A DNA stretch of 64,000 bases from an uncultured Gammaproteobacteria bacterium (GCA_947258655.1 CAMYJD010000006.1:68902-132901), one strand, 5' to 3'; counted from the first letter of the stretch, positions 10,418 through 22,439 are shown. The notes: generated by a model not told the origin, from the sequence alone. Translations and numbers: made by a program.

Positions 10418-10783
10418 ATGGCTAGTATTCTCATCGTAGACGATTCTCCAACCGAAATACATGTTTTAAAAACCATGTTGGAGAAAAATGGTTTTAGTGC
10501 CATGACGGCAAACAGTGGCGAAGAAGGCATAGCATCGGCCAAGTCTGAAAAGCCTGATCTTATCCTGATGGATGTGGTTATGCCGGGAATGAACGGTTTT
10601 CAGGCAACGCGAGCGCTGTCCAAGGACACAGATACGTCATCGATACCAATTATCATTGTTACAACCAAGGATCAGGAAACAGACAGGGTCTGGGGTCTGC
10701 GTCAGGGGGCCGTTGATTATGTCACCAAGCCGGCGAATGAAAAAGACCTGATTAGCAAGATCAATCAAGCCTTGGGGAACTAA
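10418..10783 (+). CDS. pilH: Response regulator PilH
   Basis: ILIVDDSPTE, DVVMPGMNGFQATR, TTKDQETDRVWGLRQGA. Confidence 0.95.
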   Translation: MASILIVDDSPTEIHVLKTMLEKNGFSAMTANSGEEGIASAKSEKPDLILMDVVMPGMNGFQATRALSKDTDTSSIPIIIVTTKDQETDRVWGLRQGAVDYVTKPANEKDLISKINQALGN

Positions 10784-10799
10784 AAGGCCAGTATAATAA

Positions 10800-11348
10800 A
10801 TGGGAAGCAAGAGAAAATTTTCACATCCAATTCTTGTTCTGCAGGATATTGAAAACAGGAGTCGCGCCAATGCGCGCGGCCTGCCACAGCAAAAAGTGGT
10901 CAAGGATGAGTGGAGCGGGATTGGATTCAAGGTGGGTGATCTGCACATGGTTGCACCACTGGGTCATGTCGTTGAAATTCTGACTTGTCCGCAGTTGTCC
11001 CGCGTTCCAGGGGCCAAGCCCTGGGTGTTGGGGATCGCTAATATACGCGGCAATCTGTTGCCGGTAATGGACATGAAAAATTACCTGTTTGGTCAGGCGT
11101 CAGCAGTTAAAAAGAAATCACGCGTGCTGGTGCTGAACCATCGCGGTGTATTTTCAGGCTTGCTTGTGGATGAGGTGATGGGGATGCGACGTTTTCTGGC
11201 AGAGACGCGCACGCTGACACCGGCGGATACGGATGTGTCAGTCAAGCCCTATATTGAACATATATACAAGCAAAATAACGAACAATGGCTGGTTTTCAGT
11301 ATGCATAAACTTGCTGAGAGCCCGCTGTTTCTGCAAGTGGCCAGTTAA
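10800..11348 (+). CDS. pilI: CheW-like adaptor PilI
   Basis: VPGAKPWVLGIANIRGNLLPVMD; operon position. Confidence 0.9.
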   Translation: MGSKRKFSHPILVLQDIENRSRANARGLPQQKVVKDEWSGIGFKVGDLHMVAPLGHVVEILTCPQLSRVPGAKPWVLGIANIRGNLLPVMDMKNYLFGQASAVKKKSRVLVLNHRGVFSGLLVDEVMGMRRFLAETRTLTPADTDVSVKPYIEHIYKQNNEQWLVFSMHKLAESPLFLQVAS

Positions 11349-11420
11349 GGCCAACAAAATTTATTTATAAGTATTTATTATCAACACAATTGAGATTTAG
11401 GCCTTTGTCAGGAGACAAAA

Positions 11421-13442
11421 ATGAGTAACGTGAATGCCAATAAAATGCTGGGTTTTGAGAAACAATACAGGGGAATCCTGATCCTTCTCATACTCTCCAT
11501 CGTCGTAATGGGTGTCATCTTTTACAAGGTGGGTGTGCAGACCCAGAATGATAAGGAGTACATTCGTCTGGCGGGTGAGCAACGTGTATTATCACAGAGT
11601 ATTGCGAAATTTGCTCTTGAGGCCGCGGTCGGTAGGGAGCAGGCATCCGACAACCTGAAACAGTATCGCGATCAGTTCCAGGCGAATGTTGATCTGTTGA
11701 AGAATGGCTCCGAATCCTTGCCGGCACTCACCGAGGATTTGCAGCCACTCTTGCAGAACGTGGAGCAGAACTGGTTAGCATTCCGTGAAAATGTCGATAC
11801 GATACTTGACGGTAAATCCAGTATCACATCAGTACGTGATAATGCGAATGCGATCAACGAGATGATGCCTAAACTGCTGGCGGATTCAGACCAGATCGTC
11901 AGTATCCTCGTCGAAAGTGGTGCGCCCTCGTCACAGATCTACAAGGCCAGTGTGCAGTTGATGTTGAATCAACGTATAGCCAATAATGTAACCAAGGTGC
12001 TGGTTGGTGGTGAAGGTACGGTAACCGCAGCAGACCGACTCGGTCGTGACGCAACCATCTTTAAAGGTGTGGTACGTGGCATGCTTGAAGGCGATCGCGA
12101 CCAGGGCATCGTCAGGGTCAAGGATCCGGATGCACGCGCAATCTTGCAGGAAGTTGCGAAAACCTTTCAGACAGCCAGTAACATGGTCGGTGGTATTCTC
12201 GACGAATCGCCAGCATTGTTCGAAGTCCAGGATGGCGCCACTAGCGTAACCGAATTGTCCGATACCCTGATCGACTCCAGTACCTCACTTGGACAGTCCA
12301 TTGCGGATGCTGCCGATAGCAGGTTGTTAAGTCCGACCATGGCTTTTGCATTCGGTGGCCTTGCATTATTGCTGTTGATTTATCTGGGTATTCGCCTGGT
12401 TAAGGACTCCGAGGTTCGTACCAAGGAAGCTGAGGATACGCAGCTGCGTTCACAGGAAGCTATCCTGCGTCTGCTGGATGAGATCCAGGGACTGTCCGAG
12501 GGTGACCTGGCTTCATATGCTGTCGTAACCGAAGATATGACCGGGGCGATCGCCGACGCATTTAACAGCTCTATCGATGAATTACGTCAATTGGTAACAA
12601 CCATTAACGAGACCTCGGTGCAGGTATCTTCCGCTGCTCAGGAAACCCAGGCTACAGCCATGCATCTGGCTGAAGCCAGTGATCACCAGGCGCAGCAAAT
12701 CACGGCTGCGAGCTCGGCAATCAACGAGATGGCTGTGTCAATCCAGGAAGTATCCAACAACTCGGAAGAAACCTCGAAAATGGCGGAACAGTCGGTTGAA
12801 ATGGCCAGTAAGGGTGGCGATGCGGTGCGTCGTACCATCCAGGGCATGGACGGCATTCGTGAGCAGATTCAGGAAACATCCAAACGTATCAAGCGTCTTG
12901 GTGAAAGTTCACAGGAAATTGGTGACATCGTTGAGCTGATTACCGATATTGCTGACCAGACCAATATCCTGTCTCTGAACGCAGCCATTCAGGCGGCGAT
13001 GGCAGGTGAAGCCGGTCGTGGTTTCGCGGTTGTTGCGGATGAGGTACAGCGTCTTGCGGAGCGTTCCACAGATGCGACCAAACAGATCGAGGCCCTGGTA
13101 AAAACCATTCAGACGGATACCAATGAAGCGGTTATATCAATGGAGCAGAGTACTGCCGGTGTTGTTAGCGGGGCGAAACTGTCCGAGGATGCGGGTGAGG
13201 CCCTGGTTGAAATTGAAGGGGTTTCCAACCGATTGGCGGGTCTGATTCAGTCGATATCCGATAGTGCCGGACAGCAATCCAACGCAGCGGCCAATATTTC
13301 AGATACCATGAACGTTATTCAGGAAATTACAACCCAGACCTCGGCGGGTACCAATGAAACCGCAGCATCGATCGGTAATCTTGCCGAACTGGCGAATGAC
13401 CTGAGGCAGTCAGTATCTGGATTTAAATTACCAGAGGATTGA
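11421..13442 (+). CDS. pilJ: Methyl-accepting chemotaxis protein PilJ
   Basis: Two TMs, periplasmic domain, MCP hairpin [40 protein letters not shown]. Confidence 0.95.
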   Translation: MSNVNANKMLGFEKQYRGILILLILSIVVMGVIFYKVGVQTQNDKEYIRLAGEQRVLSQSIAKFALEAAVGREQASDNLKQYRDQFQANVDLLKNGSESLPALTEDLQPLLQNVEQNWLAFRENVDTILDGKSSITSVRDNANAINEMMPKLLADSDQIVSILVESGAPSSQIYKASVQLMLNQRIANNVTKVLVGGEGTVTAADRLGRDATIFKGVVRGMLEGDRDQGIVRVKDPDARAILQEVAKTFQTASNMVGGILDESPALFEVQDGATSVTELSDTLIDSSTSLGQSIADAADSRLLSPTMAFAFGGLALLLLIYLGIRLVKDSEVRTKEAEDTQLRSQEAILRLLDEIQGLSEGDLASYAVVTEDMTGAIADAFNSSIDELRQLVTTINETSVQVSSAAQETQATAMHLAEASDHQAQQITAASSAINEMAVSIQEVSNNSEETSKMAEQSVEMASKGGDAVRRTIQGMDGIREQIQETSKRIKRLGESSQEIGDIVELITDIADQTNILSLNAAIQAAMAGEAGRGFAVVADEVQRLAERSTDATKQIEALVKTIQTDTNEAVISMEQSTAGVVSGAKLSEDAGEALVEIEGVSNRLAGLIQSISDSAGQQSNAAANISDTMNVIQEITTQTSAGTNETAASIGNLAELANDLRQSVSGFKLPED

Positions 13443-14359
13443 CAGGAAGGAGTCCTGACTTGAAGTCTGTGCAGAATAAAATGTCGGAGACAGGTTTCCT
13501 CGATCCGTTGCCGGAAATGGATGATCAGCAGTTCAGGCAATGGATGGGTCTGCTTGAGGATCGAACCGGTACCGTATTGCCACCGGAAAGGAAATCATTT
13601 CTGGTAACCAATCTTGGTTTGCGTATGCGTGAAATCGGCTGTCGTAACTACCAGGAATATTACGACATGCTATCCGGTGTGCAGGGTCTGAAGGAATGGA
13701 ATGTCCTCGTTGATCGCATCACTGTACATGAAACGCGTTTTTTCCGACACCCGTTATCACTTGAGCTGGTGCATGATTACGTGACACATAAGCCACTTGA
13801 TCAAAGCGCTGGGCATGTATCGGTGCAGGTCTGGAGTGTAGCCTGTTCAACAGGAGAGGAGGCCTACTCGCTCGCTATGGTGATAGACCAGGCTTTCAAG
13901 CGGCGAGGGGATGCCAGTTATTTTGGTATTACCGCGACAGATATCAGCCCGGCGTCACTGATAACCGGACGCAAAGGTGTGTATCCGGAGCGGCGCTTGA
14001 AGGATGTAGAACCTGGCCTGCGTGAAGAATATTTTAACCAGGCTGAGAAAAATCATTATCAAGTCGACGATTATTTAAGAAAGCGAATATGTTTCGCGCG
14101 CATGAATGTAATGGATATTGTTAATGAGCCGGTGGGTAAGATGGATATTATATATTGCCAGAACCTGCTGATTTATTTTGACAGATCCACACGTACCGAA
14201 ATTGTGACAAATATGGCCAGACATTTATTGCCAGGCGGACTGTTGATTCTGGGTTCGGGTGAAATGCTGAGCATGGAACATCCTGAACTGGAACAAATAC
14301 AACATCCACGCGTACTGGCTTATCGTCGTGTGAAAGAATCGACAAGGGTTAACGAATAA
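13439..14359 (+). CDS. pilK: CheR-type methyltransferase PilK
   Basis: [35 protein letters not shown]; alternative ATG at 13481. Confidence 0.9.
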   Translation: MTGRSPDLKSVQNKMSETGFLDPLPEMDDQQFRQWMGLLEDRTGTVLPPERKSFLVTNLGLRMREIGCRNYQEYYDMLSGVQGLKEWNVLVDRITVHETRFFRHPLSLELVHDYVTHKPLDQSAGHVSVQVWSVACSTGEEAYSLAMVIDQAFKRRGDASYFGITATDISPASLITGRKGVYPERRLKDVEPGLREEYFNQAEKNHYQVDDYLRKRICFARMNVMDIVNEPVGKMDIIYCQNLLIYFDRSTRTEIVTNMARHLLPGGLLILGSGEMLSMEHPELEQIQHPRVLAYRRVKESTRVNE

Positions 14360-17300
14360 TGGCGATGGATACTACGATCGATTACAGTACTCTGAACTGG
14401 GTCAAGGAAGAAATTGACGAAACTATGAAACAGGCTCGTCATGCCCTGGAAGAATATGTGGAAGACCAGGAGGATGCGACGCAACTGCGCTTTTGCCTGA
14501 CCTATATTCACCAGGTTTACGGAACCTTGCAAATGGTGGAGCTCTACGGCGCTTCCTTGTTTGCTGAAGAGATGGAGCAATTGATTCAGGCGCTGCTGGC
14601 CAATGAGGTCACGCAGAAAAATGATGCTTACGAAGTGTTGATGCGGGCAATATTACAATTACCCGATTACCTTGAGCAGATCCAGGGTGGTATGAATGAT
14701 AACCCATTAATCCTGATGCCAATCATGAATGATCTGCGCGCAGCCAGAGGAGCGGCGTTGTTGTCAGAAAGTGCCTTGTTCGCACCAGACCTGCGTAATG
14801 CAACACCGGTAGAGCTCGGTGAATCAGTCGAATTCTTTGGCGTTGATCCCAAGGTACTGGCGAGAAAACTACGGCCGTTGTTCCAGATCGGTCTGCTGGG
14901 TTGGTATCGTGACAAGGATACAACCGATAGTCTAAAAAAGATCATCAAAGTGTTGTCTCAACTCGAGCAGGTATGTAGCCGTGACGAGGCAGTACGACTC
15001 TGGTGGGTAGCCAGAGGGCTGGCGGAGTCCTTGCTGCATGGCGGCATCAGTGGAAATATTACCCTGAAATTGTTGCTTGGACACGTGGATCGTGAAATCA
15101 AGCGCCTTATAGACATAGGTGAGCAGGAATTATCGGCACATCCTTCAGAAGAGCTGCTGAAAAACCTGTTGTACTACATTGCCCAATCCAGGCCGGTAAC
15201 GGCACGCATCAAGGAAATTCAGCAGAAATTCAATCTGTCGACAATACTGGTCTCTGGTGAAGATGTCGAGTCAGCCAGGGAATCGCTTGCTGGCCCGAAT
15301 GCACAGTTGATGGAAACGGTATCGATTGCCATTTCTGAAGACCTGGCGCGTGTCAAGGATGCACTGGACCTGCTCTTGCGCAGTGATGAGCGTGACCTGT
15401 CTACACTGGAGCCGCAGATAGAGGTCATGCAAAAAATGGCCGATACCCTCGGCATGCTGGGCATGGGAGTGCCCCGCAAGGTCATTCAGGAGCAGGCCGG
15501 TATCATTGCTGCAATCGTCAAGGGAGAGCTTGTCCCTGATGAATCACGCCTGATGGAAATTGCCGGTTCGTTATTGTTCGTTGAGTCCAGCCTGGTTGGT
15601 CTGGTCGAAAGCAGTCATGCACAGGAAGATCGGGCGGGAGAAGCAGCAGGCGGTGGTGCAGATGCCAAGTTGGCAACGGGTGAGATGCGCCAGATCCAGG
15701 ATGTTGTGCTGAAGGAAATTTCAGTCGAAATTTCAAAATCGAAAGATGCTATCGTGGCATTCCTCGATGCGCCGATGGACTTTGACCAGTTACAGGTTGT
15801 CCCGGGCCTGTTTGAAACAGCCAAGGGTGGTATGCAAATTATGGGGCTTGAGCACGCCTCAAGGCTGATGGAGTCCGCTGGTCATTATATCAGTAATGAC
15901 TTATTGGCACGCAATGATCCACCAGGCCCACAGGATCTGGATAATCTCGCCGATGTAATCTCCAGCATCGAGTATTATCTCGAGGCAGTTCGCGAGAACA
16001 GAACAAATACGGATGCAATTCTTGCCGTTACCGAGCAAAGTCTCCGTAATCTGGGCTACAAGGCTGATAGCGTCATTGCTGAAACGGCGCCACTGGCTGA
16101 CGAGGCTACAGTTGAAAGCCATGCGTCTGTCGACACGGCTGCGGCTGAGGAAGAAACGGCAATACTTGCTGATATCCCCGCTGACAGCTTTGCAGAAACT
16201 TCTGCAGGCGGTAATGAGAGTGAGGAGGCGGCCGTCGAGACAGCTGCGGCTGCGGCAGATACCGCGATAATTACAGAAATTCCAATGGATAGCTTCACTG
16301 AAACTCCTGCGCCTGAAATTGACAGTGCAGCAGAAAAAGTTGCAGATGTTAGTGAAGTTGCCGAAGTGCAGCCGACGAAAGCAGGGCCTGCGTTGAGCAG
16401 TAGTTTCCCGGATGATATTGACGAGGACATTGCCGAGATATTTATTGAAGAGGCAGAAGAGGTTCTGGATTCTATCAGGGAATCCCTGCCACGCTGGAAA
16501 GGAGATTATAACGATCTTGATTCCCTGGGTGACGTCCGTCGATCATTTCATACATTGAAAGGCAGTGGGCGTCTGGTCGGAGCGACGGCCATCGGTGAGT
16601 TCGCCTGGTCGATCGAAAATATGCTGAACCGTGTTCTGGACGGTACGATTGCCGTCAGCCCCGGCAAGGTGGATTTGCTTGATGATGCAGTTGATGCGCT
16701 TCCGGGTTTGATAAGTGAGCTCAAGGGTGAAGGTCCTTCCGGTGTCGATGTCGAGGCGTTAATCAATAGGGCCGAGAATGAAATCCAGAAACCAGCGGCT
16801 GTAGAGCAACAACCGGAAGCACTATTGATAGAAGAGGCCAGGCAGGCAGCAAACAGGGATGAGCAGCAAAGGGAAGAAGCGGCCGAGATTATTCAGGTTA
16901 TGGATCCTGTACTGCATGAAATTTTCAGCAAGGAATCCGCAGGCCACATAAACACGATCAATGAGTACCTGCAAACTATTGCCAGCAGGGATCAGGAGCA
17001 CAGACTGGTGAATGATGATCTGGTCAGGGCCCTGCATACCTTGCACGGTAGTGCACGTATGGCCGGTGCCGAAGATATAGCGGAAGTTGCCGGTACTTTT
17101 GAAAAATATGCGAAAGTCCTGCTTGAAAACGAGACAACAGTCAGTGAAGAGAGTCAGTCGCTGCTAAAACTCGGTGTTGATGCCATCAATGAAATGCTGG
17201 CGATGATTAACAAGGCCGGTGAACCCAGTGTTAATGCCAGGTCCATCGTGGACAAGGTTTCAACCCTGCATGAATTCGAAGTTGAAAAGCAGGAAGAGCA

Positions 17301-19995
17301 TGCACGTCAGCAACAGGAACAGGTATTGCAGCAACAGGAAGAGCAATATCTGGAAACTGCAGAGGAAGATGAGCTTGATCAGGAAATTGTTGAGGTCTTT
17401 CTGGAGGAAGGTGCAGAAATTCTGGACTCAAGCGAGGTTATTCTGCAGAGATTATATGAATCTCCTGATGACAAAGATGCCATTGCAGAATTGCAACGTG
17501 AATTGCATACGCTGAAAGGTGGCGCAAGGATGTCAGGCATTACGGCGATGGGCGACCTGAGCCATGCAGTGGAGTCTGTTCTGACAGCGGTTGTAGAAGA
17601 AGGCTTGCCGGTAACTGAGCATATGGTCGATGCTCTGCAGCGTTCGCTGGATCGATTGATCAGGATGCTGGAAATGGCAGGCAAACAGCAAAGTCTGACT
17701 ATGGAAACGGAACTCATTGCCGAGCTGGAAGGCATTCTCAAGGGCGAGGCAGTGGCCAGCGCGGAATTGCCTGCTGAAGAACATGAAGTGGTTGCGGCAG
17801 AGACAGTAGTAGAGCCAGAGGAGCTTGAAGGAACTGCAGAGATAATAGAATTTCCAGTTACGGAAGAGGAGCAGGTCGAAGTCGAAGCAGTCGAGATCGA
17901 ACAGCTTGGAGCTGAGGAGCTTGATAGCGCAGAGGCCGTCGGTGCCGAGGATATGTCACCTGCTGAGAGCGGGCTTGAAGATGCAGGCCAGCTTGAACTA
18001 GCCGAGGCCGCCACAACAGCAGAACCAATCGAACTGGAAACAGAGAAGCCGGGTGAGCAGCAGGATATGGAAGCTGCTGAAATGCTTGCGCGGGTTACAC
18101 CTGCGGAAATTCCACCCCCTATACCGGCGCCGATTCCACAGGTAATAGAGAAGGCAGCACAAACGGCGGCGGGCGAGATGGTCAGAGTACGCTCGGACCT
18201 ACTGGATAACCTGGTTAATTATGCAGGCGAAGTCAGTATATTCAGGTCGCGGCTCGAACAGCAGATCGGTGCTTTCCGTTATAACCTCGTTGAAATGGAT
18301 CAAACTGTTGATCGATTGCGTGAGCAATTGCGTAATCTGGAAATAGAAACTGAAGCGCAAATCCTGTTCCGTTACGAACAGGAGATTGACAGTGACGAGA
18401 AATTTGATCCGCTTGAGCTCGATCGCTATTCAACCATGCAGCAGTTATCGCGCGCCCTGATGGAAACAACAGCTGATATAGCCAGTATTCAGGATCTTAT
18501 GGACGGCCTGGTCAGGGAATCGGAAACACTGATGGTTCAACAGGCGCGCGTCAATACCGACCTGCAGGAAGGTCTGATGCGTACACGCATGGTGTCATTC
18601 TCCGGTGTTATTCCACGATTGCAGCGTATCTTGCGTCAGACAAACCAGGAGCTGGGCAAGAAGGCCAGATTAAATGTTTCGGGTGAAGCAGGTGAGCTTG
18701 ACAGAAACGTTCTCGAAAGAATTACCGCGCCACTGGAGCATATGATCCGTAATGCGCTTTCTCATGGTTTGGAGACACCGCAACAACGCGCAGCAGCTGG
18801 CAAGGACGAAATTGGCGTTATCGATCTGACGGTTTCACGTGAAGGTTCTGAAATACTGCTGTCTCTGCAGGATGATGGCGCCGGTATGAACCTTGACGCC
18901 ATTCGTAAAAAGGCCCAGGAGCGCGGTCTTATAGAAGACTCGAGCCATCTTACTGACAATGACATCATGCAGTTTATTCTGGAGTCCGGTTTCAGTACTG
19001 CCGAGCAGGTTACCCAGATTTCAGGCCGTGGTGTCGGCATGGACGTGGTGAATAGTGAAATCAAGCAATTGGGTGGCTCGCTGAATATCACGTCAGTACC
19101 AGGTAAAGGTACGAAGTTTGTTATTCGCTTGCCACTGACGCTGGCCATGAATCATGCATTGCTGGTCAAGGTTAGCGATGAGAGCTATGCTATTCCGTTG
19201 ACCAGTATTGAAGGTATAGTCCGTATGAGCCGGGAGGAACTCGAACGCTATCAGGCAAATCCGGACAATATGTATCATTATGCGGGCAGCGATTACCAGG
19301 TGCAGGGCCTCGGCTCCATCTTGCATGCGCAATACTCCGGTTTCACCTCTGCGGAAAAATTATTACCGGTATTGCTGGTCCGTTCGGGCGATCATCAGAT
19401 GGCCCTGCAGGTTGATGAGTTACAAGGCAGTCGCGAAATTGTAGTAAAATCTGTTGGTCCGCAGCTGAGTACCTTGAGAGGAGTGTCGGGTGCAACCATT
19501 CTGGGTGATGGTCGTGTCGTATTGATCCTCGATATGGGCTCGATTATCAGGTTGAGCGCAGCGATGCGTGTTACCGAGGCCACAGCTGTTGAAGAATACG
19601 CGCAGGAAGAACGCAAGCTTAATGTTATGGTAGTCGATGACTCGATAACGGTCAGGAAAGTAACGACCCGATTGCTGGAACGTAATGATATGCACGTAAT
19701 TACTGCGAAAGATGGTGTCGATGCTGTCGCCACCCTGCATGAACATATACCGGATATCATGCTGCTGGATATCGAGATGCCGCGTATGGATGGCTTTGAA
19801 CTTGCGACCTATATGCGTAATGAGCCACGTTTGCAGGATATACCAATTATAATGATCACTTCTAGGACCGGTGACAAGCATCGTCGTCGTGCCGAGGAAA
19901 TAGGTGTCCAACGTTACTTGGGTAAACCGTACCAGGAGCACGATTTACTTGAGAACATCAATTCAGTGATAGAGGAAAAGCATGGGATTGCTTAA
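14359..19995 (+). CDS. chpA: Hybrid CheA-like kinase ChpA (multiple HPt, HATPase, CheW, REC)
   Basis: HPt motifs FHTLKGS, LHTLHGS, LHTLKGG; LEHMIRNA, DDGAG, GFST, SGRGVGMDVV; C-terminal receiver DIEMPRMDG. Confidence 0.95.
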   Translation: MAMDTTIDYSTLNWVKEEIDETMKQARHALEEYVEDQEDATQLRFCLTYIHQVYGTLQMVELYGASLFAEEMEQLIQALLANEVTQKNDAYEVLMRAILQLPDYLEQIQGGMNDNPLILMPIMNDLRAARGAALLSESALFAPDLRNATPVELGESVEFFGVDPKVLARKLRPLFQIGLLGWYRDKDTTDSLKKIIKVLSQLEQVCSRDEAVRLWWVARGLAESLLHGGISGNITLKLLLGHVDREIKRLIDIGEQELSAHPSEELLKNLLYYIAQSRPVTARIKEIQQKFNLSTILVSGEDVESARESLAGPNAQLMETVSIAISEDLARVKDALDLLLRSDERDLSTLEPQIEVMQKMADTLGMLGMGVPRKVIQEQAGIIAAIVKGELVPDESRLMEIAGSLLFVESSLVGLVESSHAQEDRAGEAAGGGADAKLATGEMRQIQDVVLKEISVEISKSKDAIVAFLDAPMDFDQLQVVPGLFETAKGGMQIMGLEHASRLMESAGHYISNDLLARNDPPGPQDLDNLADVISSIEYYLEAVRENRTNTDAILAVTEQSLRNLGYKADSVIAETAPLADEATVESHASVDTAAAEEETAILADIPADSFAETSAGGNESEEAAVETAAAAADTAIITEIPMDSFTETPAPEIDSAAEKVADVSEVAEVQPTKAGPALSSSFPDDIDEDIAEIFIEEAEEVLDSIRESLPRWKGDYNDLDSLGDVRRSFHTLKGSGRLVGATAIGEFAWSIENMLNRVLDGTIAVSPGKVDLLDDAVDALPGLISELKGEGPSGVDVEALINRAENEIQKPAAVEQQPEALLIEEARQAANRDEQQREEAAEIIQVMDPVLHEIFSKESAGHINTINEYLQTIASRDQEHRLVNDDLVRALHTLHGSARMAGAEDIAEVAGTFEKYAKVLLENETTVSEESQSLLKLGVDAINEMLAMINKAGEPSVNARSIVDKVSTLHEFEVEKQEEHARQQQEQVLQQQEEQYLETAEEDELDQEIVEVFLEEGAEILDSSEVILQRLYESPDDKDAIAELQRELHTLKGGARMSGITAMGDLSHAVESVLTAVVEEGLPVTEHMVDALQRSLDRLIRMLEMAGKQQSLTMETELIAELEGILKGEAVASAELPAEEHEVVAAETVVEPEELEGTAEIIEFPVTEEEQVEVEAVEIEQLGAEELDSAEAVGAEDMSPAESGLEDAGQLELAEAATTAEPIELETEKPGEQQDMEAAEMLARVTPAEIPPPIPAPIPQVIEKAAQTAAGEMVRVRSDLLDNLVNYAGEVSIFRSRLEQQIGAFRYNLVEMDQTVDRLREQLRNLEIETEAQILFRYEQEIDSDEKFDPLELDRYSTMQQLSRALMETTADIASIQDLMDGLVRESETLMVQQARVNTDLQEGLMRTRMVSFSGVIPRLQRILRQTNQELGKKARLNVSGEAGELDRNVLERITAPLEHMIRNALSHGLETPQQRAAAGKDEIGVIDLTVSREGSEILLSLQDDGAGMNLDAIRKKAQERGLIEDSSHLTDNDIMQFILESGFSTAEQVTQISGRGVGMDVVNSEIKQLGGSLNITSVPGKGTKFVIRLPLTLAMNHALLVKVSDESYAIPLTSIEGIVRMSREELERYQANPDNMYHYAGSDYQVQGLGSILHAQYSGFTSAEKLLPVLLVRSGDHQMALQVDELQGSREIVVKSVGPQLSTLRGVSGATILGDGRVVLILDMGSIIRLSAAMRVTEATAVEEYAQEERKLNVMVVDDSITVRKVTTRLLERNDMHVITAKDGVDAVATLHEHIPDIMLLDIEMPRMDGFELATYMRNEPRLQDIPIIMITSRTGDKHRRRAEEIGVQRYLGKPYQEHDLLENINSVIEEKHGIA

Positions 19996-21142
19996 TCCTG
20001 TAAATAATAGTCTGCGCGTTGCGATATTGTCACGTTCTGTGCGTGAGCGGGACTGTCTGGGTGAGATACTGGAAGCCAATGGCCTTCAGGTAGTCGATGA
20101 TGAGCTTTTCAGGCAAAATCTGAGCGCAGGAAACGACCAGGGTGTGGCCGATGTCATTCTGGTGAATCTGGATGATAGCGATGATGCGGAGCTCGATATG
20201 CTCCTTGATCATGCCGAGCTTCCAATGTTATTTAATGATAGTGCATCGATCCGCAAGCAGGTTACTGCAGGAGGGCGTGCATGGGGCCGACGTTTGGCGG
20301 AGAAGCTTATCGAGGCTGCGGGTGAGAAATTCAGCGTTCAATCAGAAGAGGTTGAAGAGCCTGAAAGCGCCTATACAGTGGCCGAGACCCAGCATCAAAC
20401 TCCCGGGCTGCAGCCTGTCGATAGTGCGCTGACCGAACCGTATGAGGACAGCAAGGATGTCACGCTCATGATTAATACGCAGGAAGCATCTGTACCGTAC
20501 AAGGATATGCCAACAGCTGAAATAGTTGCAATGAACAAGGATGGCAGCCTGGACAATATTGTTAACCGGGCGCGCCGCATCTGGGTTCTGGGTGCGTCTA
20601 TAGGAGGACCGCAGGCAGTAAAGCAGTTTCTTGCGCGCTTGCCGAAGGATCTACCGGTCTGTTTTATACTGGCGCAGCATATCGGCGTTGGTTTCGTCAA
20701 TCTGCTGGCTGAGCAATTAAGTCGCATAACCAGTCTTAGAGTAACCGCCCCTGAAGAAGGTATGGTGCTTGAAAAAGGTCATCTTGTTGTCGCGCCAGTA
20801 GACAAGCGTATCAATTTCAGTGAGCGTGGAGTGATATCCATGGAGGATATCAAACAGCGTAGTATCTACAGTCCTTCGATAGATGATGTCATGACTGTCG
20901 TCGCCAAACACTATGGTGCCGATGCCAATGCAATTATATTCAGTGGTATGGGTAATGATGGTACAGCGGGTTGTCACTTGATTGCACAAAAGGGTGGCAT
21001 GATTTGGGCGCAGGAGCCCAAGAGTTGCGTGATAAGCAGCATGGCCGATTCTGTCCGTTACGCCAATATCGTCAGCCTCAGTGGAACCCCCGAGGAGCTG
21101 GCTGATAATCTTGTCGAGTATCTTGAAGGTGAAACCAACTGA
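19982..21142 (+). CDS. chpB: CheB-type methylesterase ChpB
   Basis: GASIGGP, AQHI, FSGMGNDG catalytic motifs. Confidence 0.88.
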   Translation: MGLLNPVNNSLRVAILSRSVRERDCLGEILEANGLQVVDDELFRQNLSAGNDQGVADVILVNLDDSDDAELDMLLDHAELPMLFNDSASIRKQVTAGGRAWGRRLAEKLIEAAGEKFSVQSEEVEEPESAYTVAETQHQTPGLQPVDSALTEPYEDSKDVTLMINTQEASVPYKDMPTAEIVAMNKDGSLDNIVNRARRIWVLGASIGGPQAVKQFLARLPKDLPVCFILAQHIGVGFVNLLAEQLSRITSLRVTAPEEGMVLEKGHLVVAPVDKRINFSERGVISMEDIKQRSIYSPSIDDVMTVVAKHYGADANAIIFSGMGNDGTAGCHLIAQKGGMIWAQEPKSCVISSMADSVRYANIVSLSGTPEELADNLVEYLEGETN

Positions 21143-21618
21143 TGAGTAATCTGAATGTATCCGTGCGCAGCCTGTTGATCCCTATGATGCGCGAACAAAT
21201 ATTGTTACCCAATGCATCCCTGGCTGAAATTGTAGCCTTTTCCGAGGCGGGTGTAATTGAAAATAGCCCTGAATGGTTGCTTGGTATGTTTCCCTGGAGA
21301 GGGCTGGATGTGCCATTGATATCATTCGAGGCACTGCAGGGTGGCCAACCGGCCGAGACCGGTAAGCGCAGTCGTATTGCAATCTTTAATACGCTGAGCG
21401 GAAATCCTGATTTACCTTTTTTTGCTGTCGTTGTGCAGGGTATACCTCATCTGCTCATGGCAAATCAAAGTGTCGTCACCGCCGTGGCCGAAGATACGGA
21501 CGATCAGGAAGCTGTGCTGGCGCATGTTCTCATTGAGGCCGAACCGGCCATTATTCCGGATCTCGACAGGATCGAGTCAGCGATTCTGGCAGAAAAATCG
21601 CTGTTCAACCAAGTGTGA
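21142..21618 (+). CDS. chpC: CheW-like protein ChpC
   Basis: LLPNASLAEI, WLLGMFPWRGLDVPLISFE; last gene of chp operon. Confidence 0.87.
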   Translation: MSNLNVSVRSLLIPMMREQILLPNASLAEIVAFSEAGVIENSPEWLLGMFPWRGLDVPLISFEALQGGQPAETGKRSRIAIFNTLSGNPDLPFFAVVVQGIPHLLMANQSVVTAVAEDTDDQEAVLAHVLIEAEPAIIPDLDRIESAILAEKSLFNQV

Positions 21619-21644
21619 TATTTTCTGTTCTGACTAATATTCTG

Positions 21645-22379
21645 CTAGCCAAGGTCGCCGTATAAATTCTGGATAATGCTCAGGGCCGTCACGGCCGCTG
21701 TTTCGGTGCGCAATATTCGCGGCCCCATACGCATACCGTGAAAGCCGTGCTGATATGAAAGTTCAATTTCACGTGGGCTTAAACCGCCTTCCGGTCCCGT
21801 CAACAGTAGTATCTGCTTGTGTCCGGGCTGCAATGATCCCAAAGTACTGCTGGCATTCGGATCAAGCGTCAGTTTCAAGGCCGGCATATCCTGGCTGCTG
21901 ATCCATGTGTCGAAGCTTGTCGGTGATTCAATAACCGGTATACGATTACGTCCACATTGTTCACATGCACTGGAGACGATACCCCGCCAGTGTCTGATTC
22001 TTTTTTCGAGCCTGTCCTCCTTTAGCTGTACGGCACCACGTTCGGTGAAAATGGGGAGAATAGCAGTCACACCCAGTTCAACCGCCTTCTGAATTGTATA
22101 ATCCATGCGTTCCCCTCTGGAGACTCCCTGGCACAGGGTAATGTTCAAGGGCGATTCGCGATCGATGATTTGTGCATCCTCAATAGTGGCCCATGCATGA
22201 TTGCGCTGGATGCGTGATATGACGGCCCTGTATTCATGCCCATCACCATTGAATAACATCAGTTCAGTTCCATGCTGAACGCGCAGCACTCGGGTCAGGT
22301 GTGTCGCTGCCTGTGCCTCAAGTTCGATTTCCGTGCCTGCTGTCAATGGTCCGGAATGGTAGATGCGGATGGTTCTCAT
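21645..22379 (-). CDS. rsmE: 16S rRNA m3U1498 methyltransferase RsmE
   Basis: HLTRVLR, QKAVELGV, ACEQCGR, GPEGG, GPRILRTETA; start refined to MRTIRIY. Confidence 0.95.
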   Translation of the reverse strand: MRTIRIYHSGPLTAGTEIELEAQAATHLTRVLRVQHGTELMLFNGDGHEYRAVISRIQRNHAWATIEDAQIIDRESPLNITLCQGVSRGERMDYTIQKAVELGVTAILPIFTERGAVQLKEDRLEKRIRHWRGIVSSACEQCGRNRIPVIESPTSFDTWISSQDMPALKLTLDPNASSTLGSLQPGHKQILLLTGPEGGLSPREIELSYQHGFHGMRMGPRILRTETAAVTALSIIQNLYGDLG

Positions 22380-22383
22380 GGTC

Positions 22384-22439
22384 TTGAAGATACAAGATAC
22401 TGGGCGCCAGATACAAGGGAAAAGATACAAGATGAAAGG
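22384..22439. repeat. Heptamer array (AAGATAC family)
   Basis: aagatac-aagatac ... agataca-agggaaa-agataca-agatgaa upstream of rsmE. Confidence 0.7.

Noticed and set aside
16060-16400. Ala/Glu-rich quasi-repeats inside chpA (e.g. IPADSFAET / IPMDSFTET)
   Set aside because: Low-complexity acidic linkers are normal in ChpA proteins; reading frame intact.
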